A model generated the notes under the pieces. It was given only the letters and a program-made list of their open reading frames with translations. It did no database searches and was not told the origin of the DNA. A stretch of 64,000 nucleotides of DNA from a virus, in IMG/VR virus record IMGVR_UViG_3300044641_001047, positions 12,497 to 76,496 of that record; one strand, given 5' to 3'. How positions within the stretch are numbered: position 1 is the stretch's first letter; each line of letters opens with the position of its first letter. A program made the translations under genes and the position numbers. Positions 19,569 through 30,685 of this stretch are shown piece after piece.

Positions 19569-22568
19569 TTAGATATTAAATGTTTTTTTACCCTTTGATA
19601 ATTGGCCGAGACGACTTGTATATTTTCTAGCTCCCCCCATCTTTTGAGTATTCTTATCCTCTTCTTCTTTTTTACCAAACATGCTTTGATTAACAGTATT
19701 AGAAGCAATCTTTTTCAATTTATCATCACTCATACCATAGTAAGGAGAGTCTTTTCTTTTAGATTCTCTTTTAAGATTCTCGTAAACAGTCCTACGATTG
19801 TATGATCCTGTTTCATCAAGTGCATCAGCAAGACGTTCTTGAGCTCTATAGGATCTCTCATCTTTAACAATACCAGCAATACGGCCTGCTGCTTTATCTA
19901 AAGCACCAAGAATCTCTTCCCTCTTATATCTCTTCTCATCAATCTTCAATTTAGCTTCTTGAATACCAGCTTCAAGATTAGCTTTATTAACTGCAAGTCT
20001 ATTTTCTACATTAGCCATGTTAGCTCTTTGGGCCATAGCTGCATTAGTTGTAGATGCCTCTTGTCCAAGCTTTGCTTCTTCTGCAGCAAGTTGCTTATTA
20101 GCTTCTTGCTCTTGATTAGCAATTGTAAGCATCTGAGTATTTTGTGCTGTATTAGCAGCCATCATAGCAGCTATACCTCCAGGACCTGCATTGGTATTTT
20201 GAATTGCATTTTTAATTGCTACAGTATTTCTTTCTGCTGCAGCTCTTTCAGCATTCATATTAACTCTAGGAAGAATGGCACCTCTAACACTACCAGCTCC
20301 AACATTTCCTCCACCTACCATTCTAGGGAGATTACCTTCGGTCTTATATTTATTAAATAATGCATATCCTACAGGAACTAATTGTCCAAGACCTGCAAGT
20401 AAAGAACCGTTAATTCCTCTTCTAGTATCTGCTACTTGTAAATCAGTAGTTTTTTCAGATTTTGGTAAGCCTGTATCTTTAGTTAAGTCTATTTCAGCTT
20501 TTTTAATAGGCTCGTCTAATCCTCCTTTTGTTGGTATATCTTTTAGATTTGCTACATAAAGTCTAGATGTAGCAGTCTGCTCACCAAATTTACCATCTTC
20601 TTTAAGTTTTTCCCCACTTCTAACTCGGCTATTATATTCTTTTTGGAAGTTTAGAACTTGATCTTTATTAGAAGGATCAAAGTTTGAAAAGTCAAACCAA
20701 GGATTAGCAGCCTTCATATCTGCATATTGTGCCTCAGTAACATTTCCGTAGAATTTAGCACCTTCATGTTGACCACTAGGAACTCCCTGCATAGATGTAC
20801 TTGTACCATATTCACCTGCTGCAAGAGGTCGTGTTCCTTCTGGGAATCCTGCAGTTTGGTATGTTTTAACCATACCACTATTAGTAGTACGTTTGCCAGG
20901 AGCAGCAGACTGTTGATCACGTGGAGCCATAGCATTAGCTTTATTAACATCTCTAAGTGTTACATTAGCTGCATCCATGTTAGATTGGGCCATAGCTGAT
21001 TGTTCTGGTCCAGCCATTTTGTAATGGTGAATACCACCATAAGCTGCTATTTGCTCAGGGCCTCTATCTGGTTCTTTCTTGCTAGCTACAGCTTCTTGCA
21101 TTTTAGCAAGTCTTTGGATGTCTGCCTGACTGCCACCAGATTTTAGAATCTCTTTATGTCTTTTAGCAAATGACTTACCACCAAGTTTAAGGTAAGATGA
21201 GAAGAAGTAATCATTAGGCTTACCACCATTCATCATTACCTGATCCATAGTCTCTCCACCTTCTACTTCAGTTTTAGGATCAATCATTATTCCTCCTTGA
21301 GAGTGTTTTCTTCCAACAAACTCTACTGCATCAGAACCTTTGATAGGGACAATTTGTCCCCCTGGAACTTTTCTAGCTCCACCAGTTTCTCCATAGAAAG
21401 AACTAGTAGGCTGCATGTTCATATTAGTTGAAGTATTGTACCCAAAGCCAGTTTGCATTCCCATAAGTCTAGATCCAGTAAATGCTTGATTATATCTTTG
21501 GGCTAAGATATCTTTCTGCTTTGTAAGCTCTGCTTTTCTTTTTCTTTCAGCTTCTGCTCTTTCTGCTTCAAGTCTTCTTTGCTCTTCAGCGTATTCATCA
21601 GCAATTCTTTTAGACTCTTTGTTTTCTTTTCTTGCCTTAATCAATCCACCTATTGCTCCTACTGCTCCACCAATTATTGCTCCTCCTACTGTTCCTATTG
21701 GACCACCAGCACTACCGATTATAGATCCCAGTGCTGCTCCTCCTCCAACTCCCGCACCAGCAACTTTCATTGCTTCTCCTAGTGTATTTCTTCTCCCTTC
21801 TTTTCCAGTAAATGTAGTAGGGTCATTATCGTCTCCACTTTTTTCAACTAACATTCCCCCAATATTTAAACCTAGGCCAATACCTGCAGTTGCTAATCCA
21901 GTTCCTATGCTAGCTCCTGTACCAGCTACATTTGCACCTGTACTAGCGGCAGTTGAACCTGCTGTATTAGTTAGTCCAGGTACAATTACATTTCCAACAT
22001 CATCCACAAGTTGGGTAGCCGCTGCACTTGCCATTCCAGAACCACTTGCTGCAGCTGTTGATAAAGCAGGAGTAGCTGCATTAATAGCTGTAGGGGCTGC
22101 TGAACTTACTCCACTAGCTATTGCAGAGGTGGCTCCAGTAGTTAGTGCATTAGTAGCAGTTTTTGTAGCAGCTTCCTCTGCAGCTTTTTGTGCAGCTTTT
22201 TGTTTAAAGTAGCTTGTAGTTAACTCTAGTCCTGAGGTTAGCCCAGATGAAAGAGAGGAATTAACTTCTTGTTGATTAGCAAGTTTTGTCTCAGCTTTAA
22301 CTTGATCTAAAGCTGCTTTTTCACTTGCTTCTCTTGCTTTTCTATCTGCATCTACTTTAATTTGTTCAGCAGCTGCAAAGTCCCCTAAGGATATAGCTTC
22401 TTTATAAGCTCTGTCAGCCTCTTGTGCAGATTGCTCAGAGAAAGTACCACTTATATAGTAAGGATTGGCTACTTGTTGATAGGTTGAAGAGTTAGCTCCA
22501 GCGAACTGATACTTCTTAACTAATTGTTTAGTAGCTGGTTTAGATTTAGTTATGGTTTTTCTAGCCAT
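19569..22568 (-). CDS. Cargo protein 1-like internal virion protein with transmembrane Gly/Ala-rich segments
   Basis: 999 aa. Hydrophobic GLATAGIGLGLNIGG and GAIIGGAVGAIGG segments; GRKHSQGGI...EVEGGET motif; directly downstream of the muzzle-like gene. Confidence 0.7.
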   Translation of the reverse strand: MARKTITKSKPATKQLVKKYQFAGANSSTYQQVANPYYISGTFSEQSAQEADRAYKEAISLGDFAAAEQIKVDADRKAREASEKAALDQVKAETKLANQQEVNSSLSSGLTSGLELTTSYFKQKAAQKAAEEAATKTATNALTTGATSAIASGVSSAAPTAINAATPALSTAAASGSGMASAAATQLVDDVGNVIVPGLTNTAGSTAASTGANVAGTGASIGTGLATAGIGLGLNIGGMLVEKSGDDNDPTTFTGKEGRRNTLGEAMKVAGAGVGGGAALGSIIGSAGGPIGTVGGAIIGGAVGAIGGLIKARKENKESKRIADEYAEEQRRLEAERAEAERKRKAELTKQKDILAQRYNQAFTGSRLMGMQTGFGYNTSTNMNMQPTSSFYGETGGARKVPGGQIVPIKGSDAVEFVGRKHSQGGIMIDPKTEVEGGETMDQVMMNGGKPNDYFFSSYLKLGGKSFAKRHKEILKSGGSQADIQRLAKMQEAVASKKEPDRGPEQIAAYGGIHHYKMAGPEQSAMAQSNMDAANVTLRDVNKANAMAPRDQQSAAPGKRTTNSGMVKTYQTAGFPEGTRPLAAGEYGTSTSMQGVPSGQHEGAKFYGNVTEAQYADMKAANPWFDFSNFDPSNKDQVLNFQKEYNSRVRSGEKLKEDGKFGEQTATSRLYVANLKDIPTKGGLDEPIKKAEIDLTKDTGLPKSEKTTDLQVADTRRGINGSLLAGLGQLVPVGYALFNKYKTEGNLPRMVGGGNVGAGSVRGAILPRVNMNAERAAAERNTVAIKNAIQNTNAGPGGIAAMMAANTAQNTQMLTIANQEQEANKQLAAEEAKLGQEASTTNAAMAQRANMANVENRLAVNKANLEAGIQEAKLKIDEKRYKREEILGALDKAAGRIAGIVKDERSYRAQERLADALDETGSYNRRTVYENLKRESKRKDSPYYGMSDDKLKKIASNTVNQSMFGKKEEEDKNTQKMGGARKYTSRLGQLSKGKKTFNI

Positions 22569-22579
22569 TTCGTTAAAGG

Positions 22580-25500
22580 TTATCTAGGTGATACTCTCAG
22601 GGCAGCCGTCACAGTATACAAATTTATCAAATTTTTCGATAAGTTGTTAGCTATTAAACGAATTCCTAAAAATTTATCTACGAACTTTCTTTGTTCGTAC
22701 CAAGGTTTATTAGAGTCTATATAATTTGAGTTTATAATTCCTTCAGATAGGAACATAGGTTCAGTTGCAATTGGAGCAGAAGTACTTGTGTAAGGAGTTC
22801 CTTGTACGTTAATCTGTCCTACAGCTAATCCACTGTTACTTACTATTTTAGAAAGGTCCCTGAATGCATTCACATTCCAAGTGTTATCTGTCTTCCTGAT
22901 ATTATTCAAATAAACAAAGTCTATCTCTCCAGATATCTGAGTAGTATTGTATACATAGAAGCTTGTGAATCCAGGGCTGAATTGTTGTTCTACAGGAAGA
23001 GATGTGTTAAACTTAGTAAACACATCAGCCGTATACTTAAATCCTGAGTATACAGCATTTACTGGAGCTGTAAAGATACAGTCTATTTCAAAGTTGTAGA
23101 CTGTACCATAAAATCTTCCAGGGTTACTTATATCACTATGTTCATATATACTTGAGGTAAGTCCACCAGGGCTAAGTACTGTACTAAAGCTATACATGTA
23201 TTTAGAGTTATAGCCATACAATAGAGGTATATAAGAGTGTCTACTAGCCCATACTGATAGGCTATTAGAGAACGATATTGTCCATCCACCTCTTTCAAAG
23301 TATAGTCCTACCTCTAATGGAATCAATACTCCTCCTGGTAAATTAAAAGTAGCCTTGCCCCTTGAGTATGTTATTGACCCTTGAGTAAACTCATCTATAA
23401 ATAGTTGAGTAGGTACAAGTTCTCTTTTAGTAATAAGAGTACGTTTAAACAGAGGATCATAACTAACAAGAAATCCAAAGTCTCCCGTAGGAGCATCGGT
23501 AGGTATTCCTGCATAATCTGGATCCCATCCATAAGCTTCTAAAGCAAATGGAATGTTCTCCCTAGCCCAAGCATTTATTCCTAGCTGAGTTAAGTCAATA
23601 ACTTCATCTTTGACTAAGAAGATTTTACGAGACTTTCTAGCTACAAAGATATACCCATCCTTGGTTACCAATGATCCCATCTTGTTGTATAGGCCGTTGT
23701 AACCTTCTATACTCTGTATGAATTCATCAGGTTCTTGAGCAAACAAGTCTCCAGATCCAATGTAAGCCTGAGTAGCATCCCCAAGTTCAATGTTCTGTTT
23801 ACCCTTAGTTCTAAATAAGCTTCTCTCAGTGTGGATGTAAAGGAGAGCTTTTAAGTTGAAGATGTTGGTGATAGGCCCTTTGTTAACTGCAAAGTCTTTG
23901 TATTGAATACCAAGGAAGTATCTATAGGTATCATTAAAGTTACCATCTTGAGTGGCAGATCTAATTACTCTATTAGGGTAAGCAATAGTAACAGTAGTTT
24001 CTTTTGGGAATGCTATTGGTACTCTAATGTCTTGAAGAGCTGAGTAATGATCTTCATACAAGATATTGTCCATTTTAGTTAAGTCTCCGAGAGGGCTTCT
24101 ATACAATACGTCAGCTGCTACATATTTATCGAAGAACATACTGTTTATTTCACTGACTCCTAGTTCAGGATCTCCTGCATGTCGGTAGTTAATGTTATCA
24201 TCAGATTCTACCATATATTGGTAAACTGTAGTGAAGACTTCGAATCCTGATGTACTCCAGTTGTTGTTGTTAAAAATAGAGTTTTTTCTAGCTCCATTAA
24301 ATTCATTTCCAGCTCCTTCTATGACAGAGGGAGTAGCAGTAGAATCAGGAGCTCCTCCCCACCAAAGTACATTGTAATCTACTGCAGTTTGATCGTAGAT
24401 GTTGTTTAGATAGCTAGGAGTTTTACCAGTATTCATATCTAGAGGGATATCCCCCCATAGATATGCCATATAGGTTCTTAGATTTATCAAAGTTGAATTC
24501 GATGTTGCTTGGTAAACAGCTTCATTATTTACCCCTTTTTTAAATCTTCCTAGACCATAGAGGTTAGATGTGGTTCTATAGCTATATCTGCAGATATAGG
24601 TATCTCCTCCAAGGATATCTCCAGATTCTGAAGAAGACGATGCATCTCCATAATAATAGTTGCCATCAGCATCTATTCCAGTTGTTATATCTGCAGTTGA
24701 GAGACTTTTATAGTAACCAGTCCAAACCAGCTGCTGCTTATCAAATGGTTCGAATACATCAGTTTTATTTGAACACAGATTGATTAAATAGGTATTAGGT
24801 CTAGCTTTAGGATTGTTATTTGCGTTTCCTGGAGCATTTGAAACAGCTCCACCTACAACCTGATAATGGTACTGGCCAGCTGGGGGAATAGTAGATAGTA
24901 CTAGATATCCATCATGATCATTTTGACTAAGATTATAAGTATTTAGTACTGTGGCACTAAATGTTGGTCCATCTACTGAATTAACGGTATGTCCTGGAAT
25001 TATATTATTAATATTCCCAGGAGGGTTACTCCATTGAATATCTAACACAAACTGGCCATATGCACTAGCTAGTCTTCCTACTATATTTGCTATAACACTT
25101 GAACCAGAAGATATAGGAGGAGTTTGAATATTAAATGGTTGTCTAAGACTGCTGTGCCCAGACATCATTACTTTAAGAAATTCATTTTCTACAAAGTACC
25201 AATACCCATCACCTGTGTTAGTACTACTAACACTACTACTCCATACATTTCCTCTTCTAAAGTTTATATCATGACCGCCAACTAATGTATAAGATGAGCT
25301 TGCAATAGTATTATCAAGTACATCACCACTACTTATGTTAAATTGTGGATATATTCTTAGACTCCAAATTAAGTTACTTAATCCTACATAGCTCCACTCG
25401 TTAGTTATATATCCCCCTAGCATCGGAAGACCTGAAGCCAAGCTAATAGCTATACAGCTTTCCCCAAATGAATTGTATAAATATGTGGCACCTTTAAATC

Positions 25501-28447
25501 CAGTAGCTGTAGTTGATTTTAAAATACTTAGACCATTAACATAGGTAGCCCCATCTTGCTCAATCATTAATACAGTCTGAGTATTAGATAAAAGAGAAGA
25601 TTGGGAGGCTGCTAAGCTAGGATATTGGTTTATATCCCCTATATATCTTTCTGCACCTGAACCTGGTTCTGTCCACAGTATTCCTCTGTCTACTTGATTA
25701 CCAGTAGAGTCATTAAAAGCTCCTGGGGTGTAATATCTAGCTGCTATAAAGACATTTCCCCAAAGAAGTTTAGGACCTGGGTTGTCAAAGTAATCACTTT
25801 CAGGGTTATCTATATTAAAATCGAACATGTTGCCTAGGTCTTCATGTATCCAAGCAAATGTGTCTTCTCCTATCCCAGATCTAAATGCCCTGTAATATTG
25901 ATTACGAGTATCACTGTTAGTAGCATCTGGAGTGTGAAATCTTAGTGCTCCTTTATACCCACCTCTCCAGCTCTCCATTAAACATATGTATTGTATGTCA
26001 ATGTGAGTAGCAGTAGCAATTGTAGGACGTTTTCTTAAAAGATTGAAATCATGGAACTTAAATACAGGGTTGCCTATATAGTTCATTTGAGGAGTATCGT
26101 CATCAAAATTCCTCATCTCAGAAGTATACCCATATATTCGTAGAGTATCAGGGACTTGTGTCCATAAACTATCTGATATTGCTAATCCTCCATACTTAAG
26201 GTGTCCGTCTAGTGACCATATATTAAAGAATGGTCCAGTCCTTGCATTTTTAGTTGAGTTTGATAAGTTAGAGGCTAAGTGTGAGGTTGCAGGGTGTGCC
26301 CCACTTTGACCAATGATTGTTTTATTACCTTGAGTTCTCTTAGCGTAGTAAACCTTATAACCTTGAACCTGGTTAAGTATAAACTTTGGAATTTTTAAAT
26401 TCGTAAGTTTAATTCCAAGTATTCTAACCTGATCATTAAATACCCTATATCCATCTGCATTAGATAAGTAATTAGGATCATCTAATGGAATATCTCCAAA
26501 GTAAGTATCTCTAACCATATGGCTATATGCACTATTGTGGTTAGAAGGCATTTTATGATGCCTAATATTGCTATTAATTAGTGATGACAGATAAACAGAT
26601 TGCCCAGAAGCATCTACTCCCCATACTTCAAAGTTTTTGTTATCTGGATAGAATTCATTTAAGTTTTGCCAATATCCCATGTTAGAAACAGTAGGCACTG
26701 TCCCCATGTAACTTGTATCAAAGTATTGGTATACTCTAGAGTTAGGATCGTAGCTTTTTATTTCTCCTGTTTTTATGCCTAATCCTATAGCTCCTAAATT
26801 AAATCCTACCCCTGTTTCAAAAGTTGTCCAATCATCTTCAAATGCATCTACTTTATCCCTCCCAGGAATATGATAAGCAAATGATTCACTTCCATCTTTT
26901 AAAATAAACGAAATATAAAATGCATAGACTTCTCCTCTTCTGTATCCTTTTTTCTTAAATAAGTTATTAGGATCTCTATATCCTGCAGACTTACCTTGTT
27001 GAATAGGCATAATAACACTAGTTACATAAGCTTCTGATACCCCATCTAATGCTTGAAATTGAGTATGCCTTATATTAGTTGTTAACTCTCCCATTGGTCC
27101 AACAATTGCACCATTTACTGTACTACTTAATGAATTCCAAGTAGTCGGAGAGCTGCCAGGATAACTAGATGCATCAGGATAAACTAACTGAGAGTAACCC
27201 TCATTTAAGGTGTAGATATCATATCTTCTAGGATCAAATGGGCTTACTAATTCTACTACAGGTTCTATCTTAATATTATTAGCAAATCTCTGATATCCTA
27301 AATCTGGACGACTAGTGAGATTAGCAGCATATAACATATTATCTAATTGGGTAATTGACTTAGCAGTTAAGAATCTAACTTTATCAATTACTGCCTCTCT
27401 AATATCAGATGCTGCGACTTTCTCTAGGCCACTGTATACAACATTTACTGTGCTCCCTGTGATATTTACATTTTCTAACTTATAGACAAATTGAGATTTA
27501 CCACTATATTGAACTACGTAAGGTACTAAATACTTGTATTCTTGATTGATATTAGTCAATCTCCACTGAATTGACTTATCAGTTTGTGTTCCGTTAGGGG
27601 CTCCAGTTATTGTCTCTCTAGGAAAGCTATCATCATTAGCTGGGACAATGTAAACTGGGTTAGATACAGTAAGTACATTGGTCTCTGTCCTATCATCATC
27701 AGCATATCCTACCCCTAGATAGTATGCTCCTGTAATTACCCCTCCACCTTTTAATATAACAATATCGTCAAATTCTGGTATTCTCCCAGAATCCATAAAT
27801 AGATTCAAAAACTCTACTCTACTAAAATTACCATATAAGTTAGTTGGATCTAATGTTGTAACTAAAGATGCTTCTTGTTTAGTTATATTAAATACTCGTG
27901 GAGGATTATATTCAGATACATATTCTATGCTAGTAGCAGGATCAGCAATAAATGTATACTTATTGTCTGTAAAGTATATAATCTCCTCTTGAGTTGGAGA
28001 CTCTCTTAATTCAGCTGTAACTGGATGATTAACATCAAAGTTTAAGTGACCTAAGGGGTTTATGGTACCTGGAGATGTAGATACAACATTAGTTGTATAG
28101 TAAAGTATTGTAGCTAATCTTGTAGCTACGTTCACTTTATGAATTGTAGATACTGTTACTACTATACCACCAATAGTGGTAAATTCCCCAGCTCCAAATA
28201 TTATGAAGTTGTCATCTAGCAATGCTATTTGTCCAACAGCATTTATTGGTACACTTGTAAAAGCTCCACCAAATGTTGGGACAGTTACATTAAGTGTTCC
28301 TACAGAAATAGTTCCATACTCATTGGCTACATTAAGCTTTAAATCGTCTACAATAAGATTGAGGGCATCTCTGTAAGTGCCATCTACCTGGTCCATACGA
28401 CCAGTATCTTTTAACATACCTTTTAAAGGCTTAAATGAATCTGCCAT
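22580..28447 (-). CDS. Tail muzzle / stabilisation protein (crAss-like)
   Basis: 1955 aa beta-rich. N-terminal KGMLKD...YRDALN, KGYRRGEVYAFYI and GGDTYI motifs, C-terminal WTISF...WASRHSY; syntenic position. Confidence 0.75.
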   Translation of the reverse strand: MADSFKPLKGMLKDTGRMDQVDGTYRDALNLIVDDLKLNVANEYGTISVGTLNVTVPTFGGAFTSVPINAVGQIALLDDNFIIFGAGEFTTIGGIVVTVSTIHKVNVATRLATILYYTTNVVSTSPGTINPLGHLNFDVNHPVTAELRESPTQEEIIYFTDNKYTFIADPATSIEYVSEYNPPRVFNITKQEASLVTTLDPTNLYGNFSRVEFLNLFMDSGRIPEFDDIVILKGGGVITGAYYLGVGYADDDRTETNVLTVSNPVYIVPANDDSFPRETITGAPNGTQTDKSIQWRLTNINQEYKYLVPYVVQYSGKSQFVYKLENVNITGSTVNVVYSGLEKVAASDIREAVIDKVRFLTAKSITQLDNMLYAANLTSRPDLGYQRFANNIKIEPVVELVSPFDPRRYDIYTLNEGYSQLVYPDASSYPGSSPTTWNSLSSTVNGAIVGPMGELTTNIRHTQFQALDGVSEAYVTSVIMPIQQGKSAGYRDPNNLFKKKGYRRGEVYAFYISFILKDGSESFAYHIPGRDKVDAFEDDWTTFETGVGFNLGAIGLGIKTGEIKSYDPNSRVYQYFDTSYMGTVPTVSNMGYWQNLNEFYPDNKNFEVWGVDASGQSVYLSSLINSNIRHHKMPSNHNSAYSHMVRDTYFGDIPLDDPNYLSNADGYRVFNDQVRILGIKLTNLKIPKFILNQVQGYKVYYAKRTQGNKTIIGQSGAHPATSHLASNLSNSTKNARTGPFFNIWSLDGHLKYGGLAISDSLWTQVPDTLRIYGYTSEMRNFDDDTPQMNYIGNPVFKFHDFNLLRKRPTIATATHIDIQYICLMESWRGGYKGALRFHTPDATNSDTRNQYYRAFRSGIGEDTFAWIHEDLGNMFDFNIDNPESDYFDNPGPKLLWGNVFIAARYYTPGAFNDSTGNQVDRGILWTEPGSGAERYIGDINQYPSLAASQSSLLSNTQTVLMIEQDGATYVNGLSILKSTTATGFKGATYLYNSFGESCIAISLASGLPMLGGYITNEWSYVGLSNLIWSLRIYPQFNISSGDVLDNTIASSSYTLVGGHDINFRRGNVWSSSVSSTNTGDGYWYFVENEFLKVMMSGHSSLRQPFNIQTPPISSGSSVIANIVGRLASAYGQFVLDIQWSNPPGNINNIIPGHTVNSVDGPTFSATVLNTYNLSQNDHDGYLVLSTIPPAGQYHYQVVGGAVSNAPGNANNNPKARPNTYLINLCSNKTDVFEPFDKQQLVWTGYYKSLSTADITTGIDADGNYYYGDASSSSESGDILGGDTYICRYSYRTTSNLYGLGRFKKGVNNEAVYQATSNSTLINLRTYMAYLWGDIPLDMNTGKTPSYLNNIYDQTAVDYNVLWWGGAPDSTATPSVIEGAGNEFNGARKNSIFNNNNWSTSGFEVFTTVYQYMVESDDNINYRHAGDPELGVSEINSMFFDKYVAADVLYRSPLGDLTKMDNILYEDHYSALQDIRVPIAFPKETTVTIAYPNRVIRSATQDGNFNDTYRYFLGIQYKDFAVNKGPITNIFNLKALLYIHTERSLFRTKGKQNIELGDATQAYIGSGDLFAQEPDEFIQSIEGYNGLYNKMGSLVTKDGYIFVARKSRKIFLVKDEVIDLTQLGINAWARENIPFALEAYGWDPDYAGIPTDAPTGDFGFLVSYDPLFKRTLITKRELVPTQLFIDEFTQGSITYSRGKATFNLPGGVLIPLEVGLYFERGGWTISFSNSLSVWASRHSYIPLLYGYNSKYMYSFSTVLSPGGLTSSIYEHSDISNPGRFYGTVYNFEIDCIFTAPVNAVYSGFKYTADVFTKFNTSLPVEQQFSPGFTSFYVYNTTQISGEIDFVYLNNIRKTDNTWNVNAFRDLSKIVSNSGLAVGQINVQGTPYTSTSAPIATEPMFLSEGIINSNYIDSNKPWYEQRKFVDKFLGIRLIANNLSKNLINLYTVTAALRVSPR

Positions 28448-28449
28448 AT

Positions 28450-29346
28450 TTATAGAATTCCGTAGTTAGTATATCTTCCTCTATCTAAAGTCTCTCTAGT
28501 TCCAAGGTTTTCAAAGAAGTTAGCATGTCTGTTGAGGTTAGGAACAAGACGAACCCACTGGTTCATGAATGATTCGTACTTATCAATGCTTGGGAAGTTA
28601 GATTGGTTTCTAGCTTGTGAGCAGTAGAACTTCCACTTGTTATCAGCAAAGTCATACCCGATACCGTTCATAGATGGGGTATATCCTCCAAGCAACATCT
28701 GCTTGTATACATACCAGAATAAAGCTTCTTTAAAGCTTACATTATCTGGGATCATTGGGTAGCAGTCTTCATCAATTGGGAATGCAGTGTAGCTTAAGCA
28801 TACAGCTCCGTCTTGGAATGAAGTCTTAATGTAATCCCCATCGATGGTATAGTTAGGCTTAACTACACCGTATAGGTTCTTACAATCTTCACATTCTAAA
28901 CTGTTAGAGAATGTGGTAGTTCCATATTGCAATGGAGTAAGTGGTTGACCTGTATTCATGTACAGGTTCTCAAGCACAACTATCCTAGAGTTTAACTCTC
29001 TAAGTTGATAGTTATATGCAATCTTATCGTTTGGGTCAGATACGATTTGAGCATTTAAAGTCTTTACTTGATCTAATAGTTCAGTAAGCTCTACAGATAT
29101 AGAAGGGTTAACAGAGTTGTTAACTGCTACTTGCTGTACATAGTAGAGGTCCATTGGGAGTAGAGCCTTAAAGTTCTTAATAGGCAAAACACAGCCCTTT
29201 TGACTGAGCTGTGGTGCAGAGCCTATATGCTCTAATGCTTCCCCCATCCATTCTACTGCATCATCAATCCAGTTATCTCCAGGAGGTTTTAAGTCCCTCA
29301 TAACTTTTCTGATAATGACCTTACTTGATATTAGTTTGTACAGCAT
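28450..29346 (-). CDS. Tail ring / head-tail adaptor protein
   Basis: 298 aa. IEW-like DAVEWMGEALEHIG, YIKTSFQDGAVCLSY and YPMIPD motifs; immediately upstream of the muzzle-like gene. Confidence 0.7.
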   Translation of the reverse strand: MLYKLISSKVIIRKVMRDLKPPGDNWIDDAVEWMGEALEHIGSAPQLSQKGCVLPIKNFKALLPMDLYYVQQVAVNNSVNPSISVELTELLDQVKTLNAQIVSDPNDKIAYNYQLRELNSRIVVLENLYMNTGQPLTPLQYGTTTFSNSLECEDCKNLYGVVKPNYTIDGDYIKTSFQDGAVCLSYTAFPIDEDCYPMIPDNVSFKEALFWYVYKQMLLGGYTPSMNGIGYDFADNKWKFYCSQARNQSNFPSIDKYESFMNQWVRLVPNLNRHANFFENLGTRETLDRGRYTNYGIL

Positions 29347-29349
29347 CTT

Positions 29350-29856
29350 TTAATGTTTATGAAACCCAGGTACGTATTTCTTAAACCGTAAGTAGGCTAG
29401 GTCATCAGTGTGTAAAAGGGCAGTAAGCTTTTCCTTATTGCCCTTCACACCTCTAGTAGCATCAAACCTATATGCGGTTTTATTTTTAATCTTAGCACGG
29501 CTCTTGGTCCAGTGGAACTTACAGTAGAATTTATCTGTATAGTAAATGTGCCACTTTTCCCCTTCCCCTGTTCGGCTATCATAAAGCTCTACACCTTTGT
29601 CAAGTAGTTCCTTCTTGTATTTCGTAGTCTCTCCCCAGTCAATCTGTGGTTTTCTTGGGTCCCTTTCTACTCTTCTAACTGATACTGTACCTAGGTTATT
29701 CTGCAAATTGAATTCGTATCCGTTAAGTAACTCATTAAATATTGCAATGTTAAACTCAGAACATATGTCAGAAAATACTCGGTAATCTATCTTGTCTTCA
29801 GTGTTTTCGTCGTAGTCTTTAAATATAGCTCTAATTGTATGTGATTTGGTTTGCAT
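29350..29856 (-). CDS. crAss-type IHF/HU-like protein
   Basis: 168 aa. NGYEFNLQNNLGTVSV (HU-like), IDWGETTK, YRFDATR; conserved position between ring genes. Confidence 0.65.
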   Translation of the reverse strand: MQTKSHTIRAIFKDYDENTEDKIDYRVFSDICSEFNIAIFNELLNGYEFNLQNNLGTVSVRRVERDPRKPQIDWGETTKYKKELLDKGVELYDSRTGEGEKWHIYYTDKFYCKFHWTKSRAKIKNKTAYRFDATRGVKGNKEKLTALLHTDDLAYLRFKKYVPGFHKH

Positions 29857-29861
29857 AAGTA

Positions 29862-30434
29862 TTAATCAAAGCATATCTCTCCTCTGTTGCATTTACCAAT
29901 GTTCTTTCTAGCTTTTTTGGTACGTTTAACATTAGGCCCTGTATCACGAGTTCCTGATGAACCCTTCTTCGGTTTCTTTGGACCCATAGCCTCCATCATA
30001 TCCATACCAGCATCGTTAGCACTAGTAGAATCAGACATGCCACCAAGACCTTTTTTGCCTGCAGCAGCCATTTCTTGAAACTTAGATTTGCCATACTTTT
30101 TTCTTCCTATAGAAGCAGCAATAGCTTTAGCAGAATCTTCCGATTTACCTTTACCTTTAAGTTTGCTAACCATAGCAGCAAATCTTCCACCACCACCTGG
30201 CTCCATAGACTTGCCACCAGACTTCTTCATATCTACACCTCTACCTTTCAATACGTCTGCTTTGGTTACTTTACCATCACCAGTAAGGTCAGGGAATCCA
30301 CCTGCTTTATACTTCATTCCACCATAGCCTTTTTTCATCAGCTTGTTTCCAAAAGTAATTTCTTTTGACTCCTCCATGAAGGAGCTTTTCTTTTTAGAGG
30401 ACTTCTTGCCTCCCTTTTTATACATTGGTACCAT
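29862..30434 (-). CDS. Lys/Gly-rich basic protein, probable internal DNA-condensing protein
   Basis: 190 aa; many K-x-GG motifs; FPDLTGDGKVTKADVL EF-hand-like motif. Confidence 0.55.
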   Translation of the reverse strand: MVPMYKKGGKKSSKKKSSFMEESKEITFGNKLMKKGYGGMKYKAGGFPDLTGDGKVTKADVLKGRGVDMKKSGGKSMEPGGGGRFAAMVSKLKGKGKSEDSAKAIAASIGRKKYGKSKFQEMAAAGKKGLGGMSDSTSANDAGMDMMEAMGPKKPKKGSSGTRDTGPNVKRTKKARKNIGKCNRGEICFD

Positions 30435-30445
30435 CTTATTCTTTA

Positions 30446-30685
30446 TTAACAGTTTTTACCACCCATTCTTTTCTTAGACTTACCTCCGAACTTAAGTTCC
30501 TTGGATTCCTCTAGAAAATTATACATTGATTTACCACCAGTCTTTTTAGAGGAGGCTTTAATTTTCTTTTCTTGTTTAAGCATCTCTTTAGTTGGTTCTT
30601 TACCAGAGCCTTTGTTTGCCCTGATATTATCCCATAGACCTCTTTGACTAGTAGAGCCATCAGCTCTTTTAAGCATTTTCTTCAT
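30446..30685 (-). CDS. Small basic hypothetical protein
   Basis: 79 aa; GLWDNIRANKGSGK; overlaps the upstream gene end. Confidence 0.6.
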   Translation of the reverse strand: MKKMLKRADGSTSQRGLWDNIRANKGSGKEPTKEMLKQEKKIKASSKKTGGKSMYNFLEESKELKFGGKSKKRMGGKNC

